DNA from: Octopus sinensis
Lineage: Eukaryota
Reading direction: 5' to 3'
Length of the DNA stretch: 64,000 nt
NCBI RefSeq assembly: GCF_006345805.1
Contig: NC_043019.1
Span: 4,711,360-4,775,359, forward strand
Within the stretch, counting starts at the first letter, position 1, and every line of letters starts with the position of its first letter. Under the pieces are notes generated by a model that saw nothing but the letters and a program-made list of their open reading frames with translations, was not told the origin of the DNA and did no database searches. A program made the position numbers and the translations under genes. Shown here in pieces: positions 52,352-64,000 of this stretch.

Positions 52352-54327
52352 CTTTTACTCTTTTTACTCTTTTACTTGTTTCAGTCATTTGACTGCGGCC
52401 ATGCTGGAGCAACGCCTTTAATCGAGCAAAACGACCCCGGGACTTATTCTTTGTAAGCCCAGTACTTATTCTATCGGTTTCTTTTTGCCGAACCGCTAAG
52501 TGACGGGGACGCAAACACAGACACACACACATATATACGTATATATACATATATACGACAGGCTTCTTTCAGTTTCCGTCTACCAAATCCACTCACAAGG
52601 AATTGGTCGGCCCGGGGCTATAGTAGAAGACACTTGCCCAAGATGCCACGCAGTGGGACCGAACCCGGAACCATGTGGTTGGTTAGCAAGCTACTTACCA
52701 CACAGCCACTCCTGCGCCTATATGCTCGAATATTTTTAAGGAAGTGTTTTGATTCTGAATCGGTACCCAAAAGAAGATGCTTTTATAAGATCTGGGGGCT
52801 CAATTATTGGTAAATGGACTTTACCTTTAGAACAGCACATACCTAATGATTTCTTGACCCCACTTCCTAGCACCACACTTTCACATGTTTTGCACATAGA
52901 GCCCAGAGGGACAATTTTTTTTCAGGTGCATATTTACGATTAGGAACATAACTAAATGCTACACCTTGCCATTGAAATCGTCCATATTTTTTCTACTGAT
53001 TTTCTCTGGAAAGCTTTCTCCTTTTTAGTTGTAATTTTCGGTCGCTTTTATCCTCTTGTTTTCTATCATTCTAACTTTTTCTCTCCATGCTTATTTTGAT
53101 TATATATATATATATATATATATATCAAAATGTGACCTCGTGTGTACCGTTGGCGATTTTTTTTCCTCTGTCTTCCATTCTCTGGATCTTTCCTTCTCCA
53201 ATGTTTCCGACGAAGAGCCCCGCTTGAAACGTTAAATCCTCCTTTTTTCGATCGCTTTTATTCTCTTGTTTTCGAGTCATTCTAACTTTTTTTCTCCATT
53301 TTTGCAATCGTATTTCTTTGTCTTTTGATATTTTCTTATACACAGGAGTGGCTGTGTGGTAAGTAGCTTGCTAACCAACCACATGGTTCCGGGTTCAGTC
53401 CCACTGCATGGCATCTTGGGCAAGTGTCTTCTGCTATAGCCCCGGGCCGACCAATGCCTTGTGAGTGGATTTGGTAGACGGAAACTGAAAGAAGCCTGTC
53501 GTATATATGTATATATATATGCCTGTATGTGTTTGTGTGTGTGTCTGTGTTTGTCCCCCTAGCATTGCTTGACAACCGATGCTGGTGTGTTTACGTCCAC
53601 GTCACTTAGCGGTTCGGCAAAAGAGACCAATAGAATAAGTACTGGGCTTACAAAAAAGAATAAGTCCCGGGGTCGAGTTGCTCGATTAAAGGCGGTGCTC
53701 CAGCATGGTCGCAGTCAAATGACTGAAACAAGTAAAAGAGAGTAAAAGAGAGTAAAAGAGATTATTCTTATTTGCATAATTCCCCTTCTTTCCCTGCTTT
53801 CTTATTTCCCTATCTTTATCACCTTCTTCTTCTTTTGACCTTCTCCTATTTTCTCTAATTTTGCTTTTGCTTCGTAGCCTAACTTTCCGATGATTTTTTA
53901 AACTTTCTTCTACAGTTTTCATATCAACTATTTGAATTCCCATTCTTTTGTCTTTTTTACTTTTATTCTTTTATTCTTTTATTCTTTTACTTGTTTCAGT
54001 CATTTGACTGTGGCCATGCTGGAGCACCGCCTTTAATCGAGCAAATCGACCCCGGGACTTATTCTTTTGTAAGCCCAGTACTTATTCTATTGGTCTCTTT
54101 TGCCGAACCGCTAAGTTACGAGGACATAAACACACCAGCATCGGTTGTCAAGTAATGCTAGGGGAACAAACACAGATACACAAACACACACACGCATATA
54201 CATATATACATATATACATATATACGACGGGCTTCTTTCAGTTTCCGTCTACCAAATCCACTCACAAGGCTTTGGTAGGCCCGAGGCTATAGCAGAAGAC
54301 ACTTGCCCAAGATGACACGCAGTGGAA
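52352..54327. mobile_element. Three SINE A copies (52352-52718 minus, 53343-53760 plus, 53985-54327 minus)
   Basis: Match to family A. Confidence 0.9.
53125..53245 (+). mobile_element. Hammerhead-carrying repeat, copy 3 (motif at 53203-53237)
   Basis: GTTT CCGACGA A GAGC-CCC-GCTT GAAAC GTT AAAT. Confidence 0.7.
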
Positions 54328-54606
54328 TTGAACCCGGAACCATGTGGTTGGTAAGCAAGCTACTTACCACACAGCCACTCCTGCGCCTGTGATATTCATT
54401 TCCTCCGGCATTTCTTTCGTGCTCTTAATTGTTTATGAGAAACAGAGCATCGTAATGGCCGTTGTCAATTTCGCCACTATATAACATTGAAATCTTTCTT
54501 TCTGTAAATGTTCGACCGCAAACGGTGAAAAGAGGAAGAATAATTTTATCGTCATTTTTGTGGTGAACCTGAATGGCAACATTGTACACTTCACGAATGG
54601 CAACTA

Positions 54607-55461
54607 TTGGGTTGTCCGGAAAGTTCGTGCCGATTTATCGTAGCTTACCTTTCGACTTATTTTAGAACATGGTTGAGTCCATAAAATAGCATTTGACTAC
54701 ACCTCCATTTAAGTTTCGCCATGTTTCGCCATTGTATAACCTACCACAGCTGCATAGGATGGAGCACACGCAGTCTTTGCTCATATTCTCTTCTATTTGT
54801 GGTTTTACTCGGAGATATTTGCGAAGTGTTGTGTTACTCTTGAATACTGTCCTAAAGTCATATGGGCCGCATATCTTTTGGACGGATGGGCGGATAGACG
54901 GATGGATAAAGATATTGGGTTGTCCGGAAAGTAGCTTACCTTTCGACTTATTTTAGAACATGGTTGAGTCCATAAAATAGGATTTGACTACACCTCCATT
55001 TAGAGCACAGTTTAAGCTATCTTTTCGTGGAAGAAGGTTTATATTTTTATAACCTGTGTTAATTCTGAAGCCCTTTAAAATGGAAAATAAGAAAGTTCAT
55101 TTTCGGTACTTGATGCTTTGGGAACAAGACAAAAATTGCTGCAGCTCTGCTGACCCCCACCCTCCATATTCACCAGATATTGCTCCTTCGGATTTCCACT
55201 TATTCAGGTCTCTGCAGAATAGTCTTACTGGTAAAAATTTCAATTCCTTGGATGATGTAAAAAGATACATACCCTGAAGAATTCTTTGCCATGAAACCAC
55301 CTCAATTCTGGGAAGAGAGTATTTTCAAGTTAAAGGGAAGATGGAGACGCATTGTGCAACAAAATGGTTCATATTTGGTTGATTAAAAAAATGTAATAGC
55401 AAGTATTTATTGATCTTTTTCTTTCCTTTAAAAATCGGCAAGAACTTTCTGGACAACCCAA
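54607..55461 (+). mobile_element. Mariner derivative with a duplicated left end enclosing a captured GIY-YIG fragment (54712-54895, minus)
   Basis: Outer TIRs with TA TSDs; inner left end at 54915; the insert is homologous to 32800-32980. Confidence 0.88.
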
Positions 55462-55599
55462 TAATTCAACATTCCTATTCTTGTACGCTTGGTATTCCAG
55501 CATTATACTATTAGGAATGAAAGAATGAAAGCACTTCCAATTATTGCATGTCTATTGTACGGATTCTTCCCGAGGAATTTCTCCGTTTTATTTTTTCTC

Positions 55600-56005
55600 T
55601 TTTACTCGTTTCAGTCATTTGACTGCGGCCATGCTGGAGCGCCGCCTTTAGTCGAGCAAATCGACCCCAGGACTTATTCTTTGGAAGCCTAGTACTTATT
55701 CTATCGGTCTCTTTTGCCGAACCGCTAAGTTACGGGGACGTAAACACACCAGCATCGGTTGTCAAGCGATGCTAGGGGGACAAACACAGACACACAAACA
55801 TACACGCACACACACACACACATATATATATATACATATATACGACGGGCTTCTTTCAGTTTCCGTCTGCCAAATCCACTCACAAGGCTTTGGTCGGCCC
55901 GAGGCTATAGTAGAAGACACTTGGCCAAGATGCCACGCAATGGGACTGAACCCGGAACCATGTGGTTGGTTAGCAAGCTACTTACCACACAGCCACTCCT
56001 GCGCC
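55600..56005 (-). mobile_element. SINE family A
   Basis: Full-length reverse copy. Confidence 0.9.
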
Positions 56006-56812
56006 TATATATATATACAACCGGTAGTGATTTGTTCACACCCCGTAACTTGTCGACTCGTCAGACGAGACCAGTACACTTAAGAGCTAGGGTCGGTTTG
56101 ATCGACTAAACCGCTCCAGGCGGTGCTCCAGCGTGGTCACGGTCTGATAATCGAAACAAATAAAATGTAAAAAGCAAGAAACCAAATAGAAGTTGCAAGC
56201 ATTTATTTTACACCCGGATGCACTGGAGCGTGAAGTGAATTAGCATCAATACAGAATCGAAACTGCGACACAGGTCTCGGCTGACCGGGACCTTGTTACA
56301 CACGATCGATATAGATATTATCAAAGGCCTGTCATAAACGAAAACCCAGCTCAACCATTTCATTTGGTGTTATCTGAATATTTAATGAATCAATCAATAA
56401 ATCGATAAGAGGATCAATCAACGAGAGTAATAACTTGCTGAATAATTTATGAAGTGAATATACATACGGACATTTTGTTTTACCTTCCAGCACCACAATC
56501 CCACCATATCCCTGCTAAATTACGAACAGATGGTTCGAATTAAGACGACTTATCATATCGTTAATACTCGATCATCTGAGTGACGACTCAACAAATTATC
56601 CTTCCGTTTATCTGTATAATAGATCTGAATTTAAAGCTGGAAAAGTTTAATTCAGTTCAAAGGTAATTTTTATGGTGAGAAACTACATTGACGTCGCCTG
56701 TCATCTGACAAGGAAACATTGAAGTTATCTGCAATTTGATGACGTCATTTGGAAATGTCTTGCCATTGGACAAGGTTACTTTGAAGTTATCTATCATTGG
56801 ACTGACATTCTT

Positions 56813-57227
56813 ATTTCTTTATTGCCCACAAGAGGCTAAACACAGAGGGGACAAACAGGGACAGACAAACGGATCAAGTCGATTACATCTACCCTCAGTG
56901 CGTATCTGGTACTTAATTTATCGATCCCGAAAGGATGAAAGGCAAAGTCGACCTCAGCGGAATTTGAACTCAGAACGTAATGACAGACGAAATACCTATT
57001 TCTTTACTATCCACAAGGCGCTAAACATGGAAGGGACAAACAAGGACAGACATAGGTATTAAGTCGATTACATCGACCCCAGTGCGTAACTGGTACTTAA
57101 TTTATCGACCCCCGAAAGGATGAAAGGCAAAGTCGACCTCAGCGGAATTTGAACTCAGAACGTAACGGCAGACGAAATACCTATTTCTTTACTACCCACA
57201 AGGGGCTAAACATAGAGGGGACAAACG
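56813..57227 (-). mobile_element. SINE family B multimer
   Basis: Two fixed junctions. Confidence 0.88.
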
Positions 57228-58117
57228 AGTATTTGTGATGATGATGATGATGATGATGACGACGACAATGTTGATGTCCACAGCGCAGATGATAAAAATG
57301 AAGTTAGTGATGACAATGATAGAGACAAAGGAAGGAGATGATATCTTTGATGATGATAGTGATAGAAATAAAGATGATGATGATGACGACGATGATGATG
57401 ATGGTGGTGGTGGTGAGTAAGCTTTTCGGAGAAAATGCATTTTTTTCTTCTTAAAATCTTCAAAAGCCCACAAAGGCCTCAAGGCTTGAATGTTTGGCGA
57501 AACACAATTACTTTAATACGAATGGCGGCAGAAAAATATACCGTGAAAAACACAGATAATGGACTTCAAAATGGTTTCCTTTGATTTGTCTCTTGACATT
57601 GCAATGGCTTCCGCACTTCTGAAGTTGCCGACTGCGTATCAACTACAATTTCTTCTTTGGGATACTTTCATTATTTAGCACATTTTAGTTGGAGGAGGTT
57701 AATAAACCATTGCATCAAGGACAGTGGCACCGATTCGCATGAACCGGTGGTTAAAATGATATTTCAAAAACGGGAACTTTCCCAGCGTCAAAAGCCTTCA
57801 CTTCTTCACCTTACCCAGGGCTCATAATTTGGTTGGTCCTTTAATGTTTGAAATGGAATTTTGTCAATGTGTTTGTGGCATAAAAACGTGTTTTAAAATT
57901 AAGATTGTAAAAATAAATTTTCAGTGAGGAAAATGTCAAGAAAAGCTAAAGTCTGTCCCCGTGCGTCCAGGACCCAAATCAGTGTTTCTCAACCTTTTAC
58001 CCTTGCGTAACCCTTAAAATAAATTACAAGTCTCAAGGAACCCCTGCACACAAAAAAAATCTAAATTATATATCATATCTTTCTTAAATTTTTTCATCGT
58101 AGTTCACGTGGTAAATA

Positions 58118-58204
<87 letters not shown>

Positions 58205-58425
58205 TATATATATAGTTATTGAAGTAGATAAATGAATTATTTTATTACGGATAATTCAAATGATAACCGATACCTGGGTAGCAAAAATCACAACAGAAAA
58301 AGCACGGCTGAAGTTACGACCATGGGGCATAAAATCCGTGCCTTAGTGCGGAGATTTGAAGTTTTATATATTAAGTGTAGGAAGAAATGGAGCTGAACGA
58401 AGATTTAACAAAATTCCTTTTTATT

Positions 58426-58511
58426 ATTTTCTACATATGTTTCGAAGGCTGCAAAGTCCCTAATTCGGATTGAATAAGGAGTCCATTTTGCAGCCTTCTC
58501 TTCAGGAAAAT
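58426..58511 (-). ncRNA. Type I hammerhead ribozyme with canonical core
   Basis: ATTTTC CTGAAGA GAAGGCTGCAAA...TTTGCAGCCTTC GAAA C-ATAT-G TA GAAAAT: 6-bp stem I, 12-bp stem II, palindromic ACATATGT, GUA triplet. Confidence 0.8.
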
Positions 58512-58910
58512 CCAGGAACTTAATTCTCCAACAAAATGCACAGCAAGCTATTCGACAAACGCTCACGAGGAGCCCATGAAATAAATGGCACAAACTGTCT
58601 ATCTATATGCGTTGACGCCAGACTGGGTGAAAGCAGAAGAGAATGTCCGTTGAGATAGTTCATGGTCAGAATCCGGTTAGCAGAAGGGGGGTACAGGAAA
58701 TTGCTGTGCATTTTGTTGGAGAATTAAGTTCCTGGATTTTCCTGAAGAGAAGGCTGCAAAATGGACTCCTTATTCAATCCGAATTAGGGACTTTGCAGCC
58801 TTCGAAACAGCTCCATTTCTTCCTACACTTAATATATATATATATATATATAATTGGTGAATTGAAGAAATGGAGCTGAACGAAGATTGAACAGAAATCG
58901 TTTTATTTCA

Positions 58911-58990
58911 TTCTACACGTGTTTCGAAAGGCACAATTTACCAAAATCCGATTGAATAATGAGACCATATTGTGTCTTTCTCTTCAGGAA
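58911..58990 (-). ncRNA. Type I hammerhead ribozyme, covarying paralogue
   Basis: TTC CTGAAGA GAAAGACACAAT...ATTGTGCCTTTC GAAA C-ACGT-G TA GAA; palindromic ACACGTGT. Confidence 0.75.
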
Positions 58991-59606
58991 GAAAAAGGAA
59001 ATCCGTTGGAAAAAACAAAAACAGAACAGAGGCGGAGCAAAACAAATCGAACTAGGCTCCTAAGAGCCCATGGCAAAACTGTTTATCAGTATATGTTGAG
59101 AACCGGTGGCTGAAGATTTTAACGGGTCAGGCAGCGGTCATTCATGTGGGTGAGGGTGTGTAGATGTTCTTTGTGACCGAGAATAAAGTTCTGACTATTT
59201 AAGGAATATTGGATGTTTTATAAGGGGCGAGAAAAAATCTACTTAGAGACATGTGTGTGTATACTGTTCTATATATGTGTGTGCTGGCGTAGGTTGGCAA
59301 GACCTCCGTCAAGGGGTAGAAAACATTTTTTGTGTACATGTGTGCGTTTGATCGCTCGGGTGTCAGTGGTTAAGCCGCTCTACACAATGGCTACTGCAGT
59401 AAGAACCGTTGGGTCAATCTTCGTTCAGCTCCATTTCTTCAATTCACCAATAATATTTTAATTTCAATTATCCGCACCAACGCACGGTTGCAACACCATA
59501 TGGTTGTACCTCCAACCGTGCTGTCTTCTGCTGTGATTTTTGCTACCAAGGTATCGATTAAACTTTTGATTAATCTGCTACAAGATTATTCATCTTTCTA
59601 TTTCAC

Positions 59607-59670
<64 letters not shown>

Positions 59671-59902
59671 ATATATAATATAGGATAAAAATTTTCAAAA
59701 AAAATTCTATCAATGGCCTGCATATTAAAAAATACCTTTAGAGGTTAAATTTATAAACAACTTATAAACAAGGGCAAAAGAAAAAAATTCTAATGCCAAA
59801 TATGCCGAAAATAGACAAATCGTCAATAACTATATAATTTATCACTATAAGCACGCGTCTCGAAGTAAGCCGACAGAAATTTCTAAATAATTATATATAA
59901 AT

Positions 59903-60307
59903 AGGCGCAGGGGTGGCTGTGTGGTAAGTAGCTTGTTTACCAGCCACATGGTTCCGGGTTCAGTCCCACTGCGTGGCACCTTGGGCAAGTGTCTTCTACT
60001 ATAGCCTCGGGCTGACCAAAGCCTTGTGAGTGGATTTGGTAGACGGAAACTGAAAGAAGCCCGTCGTATATATGTATATATATATATATATGTGTGTGTT
60101 TGTGTGCCTGTGTTTGTCCCCCTAGCATTGCTTGACAACCGATGCTGGTGTGTTTATGTCCCCGTTACTTAGCGGTTCGGCAAAAGAGACTGATAGAATA
60201 AGTACTGGGCTTACAAAACAATAAGTCCTGGGGTCGAGTTGCTCGATTAAAGGCGGTGCTCCAGCATGGCCGCAGTCAAATGACTGAAACAAGTAAAAGA
60301 GTAAAAG
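59903..60307 (+). mobile_element. SINE family A
   Basis: Full-length copy. Confidence 0.9.
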
Positions 60308-60426
60308 TGTAAATAAATTTATATAAATAAGGATAAGGTCGTTATTGAAATACCGATCTTATCAGGTGGCTAGCATGGGAATTAAAACCTTCAAAGGTAG
60401 TAATTATTATTAAGATTATAATTTAT

Positions 60427-60595
60427 GGTGTCTAAGAGATACCACCACGCTGGAAATAGCAGTCAAAAGTTGACTCTAAAACCACATTAAATGTTCATAC
60501 AGTACCAGTGCTCCCGATGCTATATGAACATTTAATGTGGTTTTAGAGTCAAGTTTTGGCTGCTATTTCCAGCGTTGTGGTATCTTTTAGATACC
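60427..60595. repeat. ~73-bp inverted repeat (GAAATAGCAG family)
   Basis: 60427-60499 versus 60523-60595. Confidence 0.88.
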
Positions 60596-60639
60596 CTAAG
60601 TTATAATTATAATTATATATATATAAATATATCCCCAAT

Positions 60640-60752
60640 GTAGTAAAGATTGTTCGCCAATATAACATGGCAGTCGAGGATTAGGACGAATGTTGCTGTA
60701 ATTCGTCCTAAACCAGGACTGCCATGTTAGGTTGGAGAACAATCTTTTCTAC
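60640..60752. repeat. 52-bp imperfect inverted repeat with a 9-nt loop
   Basis: 60640-60691 versus 60701-60752. Confidence 0.8.
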
Positions 60753-60869
60753 AAAGTGCTGTTGCTGAATATCTCACGCTGTGAGATTGAAAAATAGTAA
60801 TTTTCTAATAAATCCCCCAATGGTTGTTATATTTTTTTGATAACATAATAGGTTAGATAGGGGAGGAAG

Positions 60870-61248
60870 CACTCCGTCGGTTACGACGACGAGGGTTCCG
60901 GTTGATGCAATCAACGGAACAGCCTGCTCGTGAAATTAACGTGCAAGTGGCTGAGCACTCCACAGACACGTGTACCCTGAACGTAGTTCTCGGGGATATT
61001 CAGCGTGACACAGAGAGTGACAAGGCCGGCCCCTTGAAATACAGGTACAACAGAAACTGGAAGTAAGAGTGAGAGAAAGTTGTGGTGAAAGAGTACAGCA
61101 GGGATCACCACCATCCCCTGCCGGAGCCCCGTGGAGCTTTTAGCTGCTTTCGCTCAATAAACACTCACAACGCCCGGTCTGGGAATCGAAACCGCGATCC
61201 TACGACCGCGCGTCCGCTGCCCTAACCACTGGGTCATTGCGCCTCCAC
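60870..61248 (-). mobile_element. SINE family C with tail type 3
   Basis: Matches 26228-26590. Confidence 0.9.
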
Positions 61249-61680
61249 ACAGGTTAGATAGGATGATGTCTATATTACAATATTACAATAACCAATAATA
61301 TGTTGTGCATGTATAGTAATATTACGATCACGAAATGAACATTAGCTTATCTCAAACTTTGTCGCGGAACCTCTAGGAACCTTTTGCAGAACCCTAGGGT
61401 GTCGGGGAACCCTAGTTGAGAAATGCTGTACAGTTTATCCCACTTTTTGAGCAGCACAAGTGATTGAGAGTATACGATTCCTCTTTGCACGGAACGACTG
61501 TCAGCCGCAAGTATAAACTTCCATAAAATGCATGTATATAAAATGCATGCATATGGGCGCATGCACGTATCTTTATTTATATACGCGTGGGAGTATGTAT
61601 GCGTGAGTGTGTATATACGTGTATGTGTGCCTATGAATTTTTATTTGTAGCTGTTGTTTAATCCCAGATAATTTTATATA

Positions 61681-62098
61681 CTCTTTTACTCTTTTACTTG
61701 TTTCAGTCATTTGACTGCGGCCATGCTGGAGCACTGCCTTTAGTCGAGCAACTCAACCCCGGGACTTATTCTTTTGTAAGCCCAGTACTTATTCTATCGG
61801 TCTCTTTTGCCGAACCGCTAAGTAACGGGGACATAAACACACCAGCATCGGTTGTCAAGCAATGCTAGGGGACGAACACAGACACACAAACACACACACA
61901 CATATATATATATATATACATATATACATATATACGACGGGCTTCTTTCAGTTTCCGTCTACCAAATCCACTCACAAGGCTTTGGTCGGCCCGAGGCTAT
62001 AGTAGAAGACACTTGCCCAAGGTGCCACGCAGTGGGACTGAACCCGGAACCATGTGGTTGGTTAGCAAGCTACTTACCACACAGCCACTCCTGCGCCT
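61681..62098 (-). mobile_element. SINE family A
   Basis: Full-length reverse copy. Confidence 0.9.
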
Positions 62099-62319
62099 AT
62101 GTTCACATTCAAAGACAAACGGTTTGATTGCGTGTATGTTCCCCAAGCCATCTGCCGCTTTTCTCTACTTCCAACTATTGTGTTTCCTCTCTCCCTCTGC
62201 TCAATACTTAAATCTTTCGTTCACTGTATTGTACCTGCCTTACTGCCACCATTCACTCCCCATGCAGTACTTTAATCTGTTATACTGATTTCAAATTTTG
62301 GGTCAATGCCAGCAAATTT

Positions 62320-63040
62320 GACAACGTTAGCACGCCGGACGAAATGCTTAGCGGTATTTCGTCTGCCGCTACGTTCTGAGTTCAAATTCCGCCGAGGTCG
62401 ACTTTGCCTTTCATCCTTTCGGGGTCGATTAAAACCAGTTACGCACTCGTTTCGATATAATCGACTTAATTTGTTTGTCTGTCCTTGTTTGTCCTCCCTG
62501 TGCTTTGCCCCTTGAGACACCAGCAAAAGAAGAAATAAAGATAGACTTATTTTTTATTCCAAAGAAAAAAAGTGATTTTATTCACACAAATATGCAACCG
62601 AAGAGTTTAAAGTACCAGTAATGATAAGGTCTGTTGACTGGGAGAACACAAACATGGTTTAAACAGTAAGCTTGGCAGGAAAAAAACGTGCCTTTAAGCA
62701 GTACAAAAACAACAAAAAATGGAAGTCAATTACATCGGCGAACACACGTTTTGAAATAATAGGATGAAAAGCAAATTCGACCTCAGTGGAATTTGAACTC
62801 AGAACGGAGCGGCAGACTCTCTGTATTTAGCCCCTTGTGGGTAGTAAAGAGATAGGTATTTCGTCTGCCGTTACGTTCTGAGTTCAAATTCCGCCGAGGT
62901 CGACTTTGCATCTTCATCCTTTCGGGGTCGATTAAATAAGTACCAGTTACTCACTGGGGTCGATGTAATCGACTTAATCCCTTTGTCCTTGCTTGTCTCC
63001 TCTATATTTAGCCTCCCTGTGGGCAACAAAGAAATAAATA
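62320..63040. mobile_element. SINE family B copies and fragments
   Basis: 62320-62520 plus; about 62760-62815 minus; 62820-63040 plus. Confidence 0.8.
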
Positions 63041-63400
63041 TTTAAAGAAAAGTTCGTTCAGATTATTATAACGACGTACAGTATAGCGGGATTATCCAGT
63101 TCTTTATAAGTCCGTATTCAATGATGTCATTATCTGTCAGAGAAAAACAAAGTTGAAGAAGCATTCATAAGAGACTTGACAATAATGATAGAAATTTTGG
63201 ATTTTATGCATTATTATGAAATGTATTAAAAAGCCAGATAAACTAATTGAAACGTGAAATTACGTTTGTATAGAATTACAAACGGAAGAGTGTTTTAGTT
63301 TCTTCGAAGCATTGCAGAATATATAGAAAAACATGACAATTGTGATGTAGCTGGAAAATGAAATATCAATGATAAACATATTAAAATTATTGACATATTA

Positions 63401-63937
63401 CTCTTTTACTCTTTTACTTGTTTCAGTCATTTGACTGTGGCCATGCTGGAGCATCACCTTTAGTCTAGCAAATCGACCCCAGGACTTATTCTTTGCAAGC
63501 CCGGTACTTATTCTATCGGTCTCTTTTGTCGAACTGCTAAGTTACGGGGACGTAAACACACCAGCATCGGTTGTCAAGCGATGTTGGGGGGACAAACACA
63601 GACACACAATCTTAAATGTTGTTCCACATGACTTAATAATTTGTAAAATTTTACGACAAATTTGAAAAAAAAAGAAATTTTACAAACAAACCATAAAAAT
63701 AAAAAATAAATATTAGCCCAGACACACCTTGTTTCTAACACAAACACATATATACAAATACATATATATATATATATATACGACGGGCTTCTTTCAGTTT
63801 CCGTCTACCAAATCCACTCACAAGGCTTTGGTCGGCCCGAGGCTGTGGTAGAAGACACTTGCCAAAGGTGCCACGTAGTGGGACAGAACCCTGAACCATG
63901 TGGTTGGTAAGCAAGCTACTTACCACACAGCCACTCC
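63401..63937 (-). mobile_element. SINE family A with AT-rich DNA inserted in its microsatellite
   Basis: Tail at 63401-63607, head and body at about 63730-63937. Confidence 0.85.
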
Positions 63938-64000
63938 TTCTATTACCTTAGAAATAATTAGTTATAATATTTCAAGTAAAATGACCCTTTTCAAGAGCTT

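Larger units (their letters stand above)
58200..59610. mobile_element. Cluster of four alternately oriented units of a hammerhead-bearing Penelope-like terminal repeat
   Basis: 58439-58547 is inverted at 58701-58809; 58853-58890 is inverted at 59414-59451; 58200-58390 is homologous to inverted 59414-59600. Confidence 0.8.

Overview
Eukaryotic, AT-rich, microsatellite-dense DNA with no host protein-coding exon that I can support. The tRNA-derived SINE repertoire and the (TA)n/(CA)n/(ATCT)n landscape point to an octopus genome; this is inferred from sequence I recognise, not from a search. Nearly all ORFs in the track are microsatellite or SINE artefacts. The real but decayed coding remnants are a Tc1 DD34E transposase (27.7-28.3 kb), a cecropia/Hsmar1-like mariner transposase (43.1-44.1 kb), a deleted mariner family (32.3 and 54.6 kb), a Penelope-like GIY-YIG endonuclease (32.8-33.3 kb, fragment at 54.7 kb), and possible LINE ORF1 and RT fragments. 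Three abundant SINE families (A, B, C here) are present, along with hAT-, Tc2-, Merlin-like and Helitron non-autonomous elements. The most notable signal is about ten minimal type I hammerhead-ribozyme motifs in at least five short repeat families. The best two (58426-58511 and 58911-58990, minus strand) have canonical cores, long stem II helices with compensatory changes and two different palindromic stem III loops, consistent with dimeric Penelope/retrozyme-type self-cleaving RNAs. Other notable structures are fixed-junction SINE multimers, one SINE head with four alternative tails, a MITE carrying telomeric repeats, a mariner that captured a GIY-YIG fragment, a 1.1-kb inverted duplication and several long fold-back hairpins. 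Coordinates were read by eye; SINE ends are approximate to about 10 bp.
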